Assembly (NCBI GenBank): GCA_950097015.1
Contig: CATNEN010000039.1
Location: 10,292,001 to 10,356,000, forward strand
Direction: 5' to 3'
Length of the DNA: 64,000 bases
From: Macrostomum hystrix
Lineage: Eukaryota; Animalia; Platyhelminthes
Position numbers and translations under genes: made by a program. This document shows, in pieces, positions 38,260-49,245 of the stretch (position 1 is its first letter; each line of letters begins with the position of its first letter). Below the pieces are notes generated by a model, which had not been told where the DNA came from, ran no database searches, and saw only the letters and a program-made list of their open reading frames with translations.

Positions 38260-38571
38260 TCAGGTAGGATTCGAGCTCAGGTAGGATTCGAGCTCAGGTA
38301 GGATTCGAGCTCAGGTAGGATTCGAGCTCAGGTAGGATTCGAGCTCAGGTAGGATTCGAGCTCAGGTAGGATTCGAGCTCAGGTAGGATTCGAGCTCAGG
38401 TAGGATTCGAGCTCAGGTAGGATTCGAGCTCAAGTAGGATTCGAGCTCAGGTAGGATTCGAGCTCAGGTAGGATTCGAGCTCAGGTAGGATTCGAGCTCA
38501 GGTAGGATTCGAGCTCAGGTAGGATTCGAGCTCAGGTAGGATTCGAGCTCAGGTAGGATTCGAGCTCAGGT
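38260..38571. repeat. 17-bp minisatellite (TCAGGTAGGATTCGAGC), ~18 copies
   Basis: Near-perfect tandem copies. Confidence 0.96.
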
Positions 38572-39454
38572 ACTCGAATAGCGTCCCACCTTTCCCAGCT
38601 CTCAACTTGTTGTGCCCGTTTCAATTAGCGGAATTAACAAACTGCGAGCAGTCGTGAGCAGCCATGTGCAGTAGATAGCTCGAGCTTCTTTTAGGAAGCA
38701 AAACGGCCCGCCCATCTGCAGTGTAGCAGAAACTAATTAGAGCTAGGTATAGGTAGGTTTACTCGCTACATTCCTGATCTGTGAGCGGCTGAGCGGGAGA
38801 AATCTCCCCCCGCCTAGTAGAGCACCAGATGGATGCGAATTTCCCCCCACTGCCAGTCAAGAGAAGGACGCAGATGTGTCTCAGCTCTTGAGAATGTCTT
38901 TCAGGAAAAATCTAAACCAATTGGCCACCAAAATTGGTCCAAAATGCACAGCCGATTGCAATAGCCGACACGTATTCCGGGAAGATGCACTATAATATAG
39001 AAATTGAATTCAGCAACCCAGCCAATCTGGAATTGTCTGTTTGGGATCAGTTCTCCCCAACACCCAGCAATCACATATCATATATTTTTTTCCAAGATCG
39101 CACGATTCGCAAACACAATTCTGCAGGGCTTCAATTGAATTTTCTGAACTGATGAAACCGCCTGCTATGTTTGTATATTAATTTTAGGATTGCATAAGTT
39201 CGGGTGCAATGTTTGCACTTGATAAGACGCCTGCATGGTTCGGGAACTGAATCAGAGACTGCTCTTAAAATGTACAATTCTTACTTTTAAAAAGGGCGTT
39301 GGTAAACGTCCAAAACGCCTCAAGAAGTTAAATAATCTGGATTTATCTGGTTCTGCGACGTTGTGAAACTTGATCTTAAACCTGGTATATGTGTCAAGGT
39401 AGTTTGTATGACTCCTTATCATCTTTATGACACTTTCTGAGACTCTTTACGACT

Positions 39455-40960
39455 CCACCTGTCTCAACTGAGCTACCCCAACTGTCTCTGAGCTACCCCA
39501 ACTGTCACTGAGCTACCCCAACTGTCTCTGAGCTACCATAACTGTCTCTGAGCTACCCCAACTGTCTCTGAGCTACCCCAACTGTCTCTGAGCTACCCCA
39601 ACTGTCTCTGAGCTACCCCAACTGTCTCTGAGCTACCCCAACTGTCTCTGAGCTACCCCAACTGTCTCTGAGCTACCCCAACTGTCTCTGAGCTACCATA
39701 ACTGTCTCTGAGCTACCCCAACTGTCTCTGAGCTACCCCAACTGTCTCTGAGCTACCCCAACTGTCTCTGAGCTACCCCAACTGTCTCTGAGCTACCCCA
39801 ACTGTCTCTGAGCTACCCCAACTGTCTCTGAGCTACCCCAACTGTCTCTGAGCTACCCCAACTGTCTCTGAGCTACCATAACTGTCTCTGAGCTACCCCA
39901 ACTGTCTCTGAGCTACCCCAACTGTCTCTGAGCTACCCCAACTGTCTCTGAGCTACCCCAACTGTCTCTGAGCTACCCAACTGTCTCTGAGCTACCCCAA
40001 CTGTCTCTGAGCTACCCCAACTGTCTCTGAGCTACCCCAACTGTCTCTGAGCTACCCCAACTGTCTCTGAGCTACCCCAACTGTCTCTGAGCTACCCCAA
40101 CTGTCTCTGAGCTACCCAACTGTCTCTGAGCTACCCCAACTGTCTCTGAGCTACCCCAACTGTCTCTGAGCTACCCCAACTGTCTCTGAGCTACCCCAAC
40201 TGTCTCTGAGCTACCCCAACTGTCACTGAGCTACCATAACTGTCACTGAGCTACCCCAACTGTCTCTGAGCTACCCCAACTGTCTCTGAGCTACCCCAAC
40301 TGTCTCTGAGCTACCCCAACTGTCTCTGAGCTACCCCAACTGTCTCTGAGCTACCCCAACTGTCTCCGAGCTACCCCAACTGTCTCTGAGCTACCCCAAC
40401 TGTCTCTGAGCTACCCCAACTGTCTCTGAGCTACCCCAACTGTCTCTGAGCTACCCCAACTGTCTCTGAGCTACTCCACCTGTCTCTAAGCTACTCCAAC
40501 TGTCTCTAAGCTACTCCACCTGTCTCTAAGCTACTCCACCTGTCTCTAAGCTACTCCACCTGTCTGCATGCTACTCCACCTGTCTCTAAGCTACTCCACC
40601 TGTCTCTAAGCTACTCCACCTGTCTGCATGCTACTCCACCTGTCTCTAAGCTACTCCACCTGTCTCTAAGCTACTCCAACTGTTTCTAAGCTACTCCACC
40701 TGTCTCTAAACTAATCCACCTGTCTCTAAGCTACTCCACCTGTCTCTAAGCTACTCCACCTGTCTGCATGCTACTCCACCTGTCTCTAAGCTACTCCACC
40801 TGTCTCTAAGCTACTCCAACTGTTTCTAAGCTACTCCACCTGTCTCTAAGCTACTCCACCTGTCTCTAAGCTACTCCACTGTCTCTAAGCTACTCCACCT
40901 GTCTCTAAGCTACTCCACTGTCTCTAAGCTACTCCACCTGTCTCTAAGCTTCTCCATTTG
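39455..40960. repeat. 20-bp satellite, left block (GAGCTACCCCAACTGTCTCT grading into AAGCTACTCCACCTGTCTCT)
   Basis: Seen directly. Confidence 0.97.
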
Positions 40961-41281
40961 TATTTTAGCTACTTCACCAACTGCGCCTATTTTTGGCGGT
41001 ATATGCTTTTTGACTAAGAAAAGCAGTAAACTAGTAAGCATAAAATTCGATTACAAAAAGTTACACACTAATAATATGACTCACGAACTCAGTCAGACCA
41101 CGTGTTATCAGTCAGCTTTTAACAATCACGATCACAAATTTTGCTGCATTTATTTATTCTCATAAATTATTTTAACGATGATTAACTCAAGCTTGCAGTA
41201 TTCGCTATTTCTGAAAGGCCAAACAACAATTTGTAGCATGAATAAAAGCCAAGTTCAAACTCTCGTTGCGCTGATTGAGAA

Positions 41282-41587
41282 TCAAGATTTTTCGAAAGAC
41301 TCGATCGAGATTGACACCCCGGCGAAGTGCTGGAACAGCTCGTTCTCGGCCTTCAACAACAGCTGCTTCTCTTCGAAGGAGCTCCTCCGGGTTTCGTTCA
41401 AGACCTCGTTGAAGGCCAGCCTGAGCTGCTGGGCGCGCTGGCGCAGGTTGGAGACTAACACGGCGTAGCAGAAACCGGACAATAGGCGCAGCAGCAGCAG
41501 CAGCACAATAATCCAGGTGATTGAGTAGGCTATAATGGACATCAGCTGCAGCACCTGGTCCGGTAGCCTCGTTGTCCCGTCCTGCAT
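41282..41587 (-). CDS. Small orphan single-TM/coiled-coil protein, 101 aa
   Basis: GC-rich ORF in AT-rich flanks with a hydrophobic stretch. TTACAG|AAATG acceptor directly upstream; AATAAA on the minus strand near 41150. Confidence 0.65.
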   Translation of the reverse strand: MQDGTTRLPDQVLQLMSIIAYSITWIIVLLLLLRLLSGFCYAVLVSNLRQRAQQLRLAFNEVLNETRRSSFEEKQLLLKAENELFQHFAGVSISIESFEKS

Positions 41588-41874
41588 TTCTGTAAGATTC
41601 TTCGACTAATGAGAAATTATTGGAGATGAGAGTAGAAGCTAATTATATTCTTAATTAAGAAACCAAATCCTTTAATCACAGTAAAACGAACGTTCTTTGA
41701 AGGTCGCTGATTCTTTCATCTTTAAAAGTGCATAATAAATGCAAATAGCTTGATATCACAACAGTCTGTGGCTTAAACCGCCTGGTGAGTGAGTGAGGCA
41801 AGCACTGCATAGTGAAATTTTGTGTATGCCCGCGATCTTGATAAGGAATAAAAAAGAAGCAAATATACTTTTAG

Positions 41875-44800
41875 CTATACTCCACCGTCCTTAAGCTATC
41901 TTAACCCGTCCCTAAGCTACATCACCTGTCCCTGAGCTACATCACCTGTCCCTGAGCTACATCACCTGTCCCTGAGCTACATCACCTGTCCCTGAGCTAC
42001 ATCACCTGTCCCTGAGCTACATCACCTGTCCCTGAGCTACATCACCTGTCCCTAACCTACATCACCTGTCCCTAACCTACATCACCTGTCCTAAACTACA
42101 TCACCTGTCCCTGAGCTACATCACCTGTCCCTAACCTACATCACCTGTCCTAAACTACATCACCTGTCCCTAACCTACATCACCTGTCCCTAACCTACAT
42201 CACCTGTCCCTAAGCTACCCCAACTGTCTCCGAGCTACCCCAACTGTCTCCGAGCTACATCACCTGTCCCTAACCTACATCACCTGTCCCTAAGCTACCC
42301 CAACTGTCTCCGAGCTACATCACCTGTCCCTGAGCTACATCACCTGTCCCTGAGCTACATCACCTGTCCCTGAGCTACATCACCTGTCCCTGAGCTACAT
42401 CACCTGTCCCTGAGCTACATCACCTGTCCCTGAGCTACATCACCTGTCCTAACCTACATCACCTGTCCCTAAGCTACCCCAACTGTCTCCGAGCTACATC
42501 ACTTGTCCCTAACCTACATCACCTGTCCCTGAGCTACATCACCTGTCCCTGAGCTACATCACCTGTCCCTGAGCTACATCACCTGTCCCTGAGCTACATC
42601 ACCTGTCCCTGAGCTACATCACCTGTCCCTGAGCTACATCACCTGTCCCTGAGCTACATCACCTGTCCCTGAGCTACATCACCTGTCCCTGAGCTACATC
42701 ACCTGTCCCTGAGCTACATCACCTGTCCCTGAGCTACATCACCTGTCCCTGAGCTACATCACCTGTCCCTGAGCTACATCACCTGTCCTAACCTACATCA
42801 CCTGTCCCTAAGCTACCCCAACTGTCTCCGAGCTACATCACTTGTCCCTAACCTACATCACCTGTCCCTGAGCTACATCACCTGTCCCTGAGCTACATCA
42901 CCTGTCCCTGAGCTACATCACCTGTCCCTGAGCTACATCACCTGTCCCTGAGCTACATCACCTGTCCCTGAGCTACATCACCTGTCCCTGAGCTACATCA
43001 CCTGTCCCTGAGCTACATCACCTGTCCCTGAGCTACATCACCTGTCCCTGAGCTACATCACCTGTCCCTGAGCTACATCACCTGTCCCTGAGCTACATCA
43101 CCTGTCCCTGAGCTACATCACCTGTCCCTGAGCTACATCACCTGTCCCTGAGCTACATCACCTGTCCTAACCTACATCACCTGTCCCTAAGCTACCCCAA
43201 CTGTCTCCGAGCTACATCACTTGTCCCTAACCTACATCACCTGTCCCTGAGCTACATCACCTGTCCCTGAGCTACATCACCTGTCCCTGAGCTACATCAC
43301 CTGTCCCTGAGCTACATCACCTGTCCCTAAGCTACATCACCTGTCCCTAAGCTACCCCAACTGTCTCCGAGCTACATCACCTGTCCCTGAGCTATATCAC
43401 CTGTCCCTAACCTACATCACCTGTCCTAACCTACATCACCTGTCCCTAACCTACATCATCTGTCCCTAACCTACATCACCTGTCCCTAACCTACATCACC
43501 TGTCCCTAAGCTACCCCAACTGTCTCCGAGCTACATCACCTGTCCCTGAGCTACATCACCTGTCCCTAACCTACATCACCTGTCCTAACCTACATCACCT
43601 GTCCCTAACCTACATCATCTGTCCCTAACCTACATCACCTGTCCTAACCTACATCACCTGTCCTAACCTACATCACCTGTCCCTAACCTACATCACCTGT
43701 CCCTGAGCTACATCACCTGTCCCTAACCTACATCACCTGTCCTAACCTACATCACCTGTCCCTAACCTACATCATCTGTCCCTAACCTACATCACCTGTC
43801 CCTAACCTACATCACCCTAAACTACATCACCTGTCCCTGAGCTACATCACCTGTCCCTAACCTACATCACCTGTCCTAAACTACATCACCTGTCCCTAAC
43901 CTACATCACCTGTCCCTAACCTACATCACCTGTCCCTAAGCTACCCCAACTGTCTCCGAGCTACCCCAACTGTCTCCGAGCTACATCACCTGTCCCTAAC
44001 CTACATCACCTGTCCCTAAGCTACCCCAACTGTCTCCGAGCTACATCACCTGTCCCTGAGCTACATCACCTGTCCCTGAGCTACATCACCTGTCCCTGAG
44101 CTACATCACCTGTCCCTGAGCTACATCACCTGTCCCTGAGCTACATCACCTGTCCCTGAGCTACATCACCTGTCCTAACCTACATCACCTGTCCCTAAGC
44201 TACCCCAACTGTCTCCGAGCTACATCACTTGTCCCTAACCTACATCACCTGTCCCTGAGCTACATCACCTGTCCCTGAGCTACATCACCTGTCCCTGAGC
44301 TACATCACCTGTCCCTGAGCTACATCACCTGTCCCTGAGCTACATCACCTGTCCCTGAGCTACATCACCTGTCCCTGAGCTACATCACCTGTCCCTGAGC
44401 TACATCACCTGTCCCTGAGCTACATCACCTGTCCCTGAGCTACATCACCTGTCCCTGAGCTACATCACCTGTCCCTGAGCTACATCACCTGTCCCTGAGC
44501 TACATCACCTGTCCTAACCTACATCACCTGTCCCTAAGCTACCCCAACTGTCTCCGAGCTACATCACTTGTCCCTAACCTACATCACCTGTCCCTGAGCT
44601 ACATCACCTGTCCCTGAGCTACATCACCTGTCCCTGAGCTACATCACCTGTCCCTGAGCTACATCACCTGTCCCTGAGCTACATCACCTGTCCCTGAGCT
44701 ACATCACCTGTCCCTGAGCTACATCACCTGTCCCTGAGCTACATCACCTGTCCCTGAGCTACATCACCTGTCCCTGAGCTACATCACCTGTCCCTGAGCT

Positions 44801-47382
44801 ACATCACCTGTCCCTGAGCTACATCACCTGTCCCTGAGCTACATCACCTGTCCCTGAGCTACATCACCTGTCCCTGAGCTACATCACCTGTCCTAACCTA
44901 CATCACCTGTCCCTAAGCTACCCCAACTGTCTCCGAGCTACATCACTTGTCCCTAACCTACATCACCTGTCCCTGAGCTACATCACCTGTCCCTGAGCTA
45001 CATCACCTGTCCCTGAGCTACATCACCTGTCCCTGAGCTACATCACCTGTCCCTAAGCTACATCACCTGTCCCTAAGCTACCCCAACTGTCTCCGAGCTA
45101 CATCACCTGTCCCTGAGCTATATCACCTGTCCCTAACCTACATCACCTGTCCTAACCTACATCACCTGTCCCTAACCTACATTATCTGTCCCTAACCTAC
45201 ATCACCTGTCCCTAACCTACATCACCTGTCCCTAAGCTACCCCAACTGTCTCCGAGCTACATCACCTGTCCCTGAGCTACATCACCTGTCCCTAACCTAC
45301 ATCACCTGTCCTAACCTACATCACCTGTCCCTAACCTACATCATCTGTCCCTAACCTACATCACCTGTCCTAACCTACATCACCTGTCCTAACCTACATC
45401 ACCTGTCCCTAACCTACATCACCTGTCCCTGAGCTACATCACCTGTCCCTAACCTACATCACCTGTCCTAACCTACATCACCTGTCCCTAACCTACATCA
45501 TCTGTCCCTAACCTACATCACCTGTCCCTAACCTACATCACCTGTCCCTAAGCTACCCCAACTGTCTCCGAGCTACATCACCTGTCCCTGAGCTACATCA
45601 CCTGTCCCTAACCTACATCACCTGTCCCTAACCTACATCACCTGTCCCTAACCTACATCACCTGTGCCTAAGCTACATCACCTGTCCCTGAGCTACATCA
45701 CCTGTCCCTAACCTACATCACCTGTCCCTAAGCTACCCCAACTGTCTCCGAGCTACATCACCTGTCCCTGAGCTACATCACCTGTCCCTGAGCTACATCA
45801 CCTGTCCCTAAGCTACATCACCTGTCCCTGAGCTACATCACCTGTCCCTGAGCTACATCACCTGTCCCTGAGCTACATCACCTGTCCCTGAGCTACATCA
45901 CCTGTCCCTGAGCTACATCACCTGTCCCTGAGCTACATCACCTGTCCCTGAGCTACATCACCTGTCCCTGAGCTACATCACCTGTCCCTGAGCTACATCA
46001 CCTGTTCCTGAGCTACATCACCTGTCCTAACCTACATCACCTGTCCCTAAGCTACCCCAACTGTCTCCGAGCTACATCACTTGTCCCTAACCTACATCAC
46101 CTGTCCCTGAGCTACATCACCTGTCCCTGAGCTACATCACCTGTCCCTGAGCTACATCACCTGTCCCTGAGCTACATCACCTGTCCCTAAGCTACATCAC
46201 CTGTCCCTAAGCTACCCCAACTGTCTCCGAGCTACATCACCTGTCCCTGAGCTATATCACCTGTCCCTAACCTACATCACCTGTCCTAACCTACATCACC
46301 TGTCCCTAACCTACATTATCTGTCCCTAACCTACATCACCTGTCCCTAACCTACATCACCTGTCCCTAAGCTACCCCAACTGTCTCCGAGCTACATCACC
46401 TGTCCCTGAGCTACATCACCTGTCCCTAACCTACATCACCTGTCCTAACCTACATCACCTGTCCCTAACCTACATCATCTGTCCCTAACCTACATCACCT
46501 GTCCTAACCTACATCACCTGTCCTAACCTACATCACCTGTCCCTAACCTACATCACCTGTCCCTGAGCTACATCACCTGTCCCTAACCTACATCACCTGT
46601 CCTAACCTACATCACCTGTCCCTAACCTACATCATCTGTCCCTAACCTACATCACCTGTCCCTAACCTACATCACCTGTCCCTAAGCTACCCCAACTGTC
46701 TCCGAGCTACATCACCTGTCCCTGAGCTACATCACCTGTCCCTAACCTACATCACCTGTCCCTAACCTACATCACCTGTCCCTAACCTACATCACCTGTG
46801 CCTAAGCTACATCACCTGTCCCTGAGCTACATCACCTGTCCCTAACCTACATCACCTGTCCCTAAGCTACCCCAACTGTCTCCGAGCTACATCACCTGTC
46901 CCTGAGCTACATCACCTGTCCCTGAGCTACATCACCTGTCCCTAAGCTACCCCAACTGTCTCTGAGCTACCCAACTGTCTCTGAGCTACCCCAACTGTCT
47001 CTGAGCTACCCCAACTGTCTCTGAGCTACCCCAACTGTCTCTGAGCTACCCAACTGTCTCTGAGCTACCCCAACTGTCTCTGAGCTACCCCAACTGTCTC
47101 CGAGCTACCCCAACTGTCTCTGAGCTACCCCAACTGTCTCTGAGCTACCCCAACTGTCTCCGAGCTACCCCAACTGTCTCTGAGCTACCCCAACTGTCTC
47201 TGAGCTACCCCAATTGTCTCTGACCTACCCCAACTGTCTCTGAGCTACCCCAACTGTCTCTGAGCTACCCCAACTGTCTCTGAGCTACCCCAACTGTCTC
47301 TGAGCTACCCCAACTGTCTCTGAGCTACCCCAATTGTCTCTGACCTACCCCAACTGTCTCTGAGCTACCCCAACTGTCTCTG
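41875..47382. repeat. 20-bp satellite, right block (CTACATCACCTGTCCCTGAG/CCTAAC variants, returning to GAGCTACCCCAACTGTCTCT), with higher-order duplications
   Basis: Same family as 39455-40960; rare variants recur at ~1.73 kb and ~1.13 kb spacing. Confidence 0.97.
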
Positions 47383-47719
47383 TCGCTCTCAATATGTCCA
47401 GTGCTTTACTGTACTATTGTATTATATTTTTTTATTCCCTTCTGCAGATGAAAAACTAGTCACAGTCGTACCTTGCATACTACTATAAGCCTCCTTTTAG
47501 GCTCGAATTGATGGTGTGACAAATAAATCGTTCAGCGCCCTACTTCCCCTCCTACCCTCTCTTCTCCTCCTTACCTTCTTCTCTTCCTTCCCTCTCTTCT
47601 TTCCTCCTCGCCTCTCTTCCCTAATATTTGCTCCTTTCCCGCACTATTTCAGTGCCTTTAATCTCGCTAAAAAAATTCAACGCTGCACTTGCCACAACCA
47701 GCGCCAAAGTCTGCAGAAA

Positions 47720-48095
47720 CAGAGCTCCCAAATCTGGCCTGTTGCCCATTCCAACACCTGTAGTATCTGGTCTCATCAATCTCTCATCTAAAGATGGAGA
47801 ATCTCATTTCTCCCGTGTCTTATCTGTCCCCTGTCTCATCTTTCCAGTGTCTCCCGGGCGTCTCTCTCCCGTCTCATCTCTTCTCTGTCTCATATATCGC
47901 ATGTCTCATCTCATCTCATCTCTGACTAGTCCCTCCCATGTCTCGTCTATCCCGTGTCTCATCTATTCTCTGTCTCAGTCTCGTCTATCCCCTGCCTTGT
48001 CTCTTCTCTGTCTCATCTCTCCCTGTCTCATCTACCCTGTGTCTTATCTTACCTCTTTCTCATTTTCCTACAGTTAATGCGGCCCGCTGTCATCT
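47720..48095 (+). mobile_element. Degraded second copy of the hAT-like MITE with decayed TCTCATCTCTCCCCTG repeats
   Basis: Shares the repeat and ATGCGGCCCGCTGT with 33752-34450. Confidence 0.55.
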
Positions 48096-49245
48096 ACTAT
48101 GATACGATACTATGACTATATACTATAGCTACTATGACTACGATAGTAGATCGCTATCGTGATCTACAGATAGCTCTTCTTTCCACAACTACCATCTACC
48201 GCTTACTGCTAACTAGCGAACCAACTGCCTTGGTTTTTCCGCCCTCCAACGTTTGACTTTCGACAGCATGACTTTTCGAGGCACTCTTAGTCATAGTAGT
48301 GCAAAGATTATTACATATTTGAAGGGCCCGACAGAAAAGTAGAAAATAAAGGTAGAAAAGGAAATTCCCTAAGCACAAGCCATGCACTTTAATTTGTTAA
48401 TTATTTCGGTCACTCCAATTTAATCAGACAGGCATTCAAAGGCGTAATTATTAATTTTCTAGAGCTCTGTGAATACCTAAAATCAACCGGATAAGTATTA
48501 GAAGGCGATACACGCGACAGGAAGACAGAAGCGAAATATAAACATGTCTTTGCGTTGCGTTGCGTTGTATTGCTATGAAAATTAAAAGAACTGGGTCGAC
48601 AGGCCTGGAGGCCTTCTTGCCCAAGTTTAGTGTTGTGTTCGCATTGCAGTTCCGACTGGAAAGCGGTGTAGACAAAGTACATCCCAGATTGTGTAAATTC
48701 AAGCTACCCTCAAGTCCTATTCTGAAATTAACCCCTAGACAGTGTACACTCGTGGTCGGGCGGAGGGTAAGGTTGTGGAAAAAATAGATCACGTGATCTC
48801 ACTGTACAGCGACTGATCATACTGTACATTTATAAAGCGAGGAGTGGAAGGATAGAAATGAAAGGGTTAGAGAGGATAGCATATAGGAATGAAAGAGAGA
48901 GGAAGGAGAGCTGCTAGAGGTTTTTGTTGTGCTTGCAGGTCCGAGGCGCATTCATTAACACAGAATCTGTTGGCCTTGCCCACTAGACTGTCTTGAAAAC
49001 GGCAACGAGCAATAAATTTATTGTTGCAGAACAAGAAGAGCTCAACAGCCAGCAAGAAACGCGCGTGCATCACTACACTAAGGAGTTATTGCTCAACAAT
49101 AGAACGACACTGCTTTGTTTGTTGAGCCCGCAGCTGCATTAGCATATGCTATCTTACAGCTCGGTGGAAAACGTGCAATTTTGTCTTCGCCTTTTAAAGT
49201 CAACGATTTCGATCCACTATTTCTCTAACTAGTTAATCTCTGACA

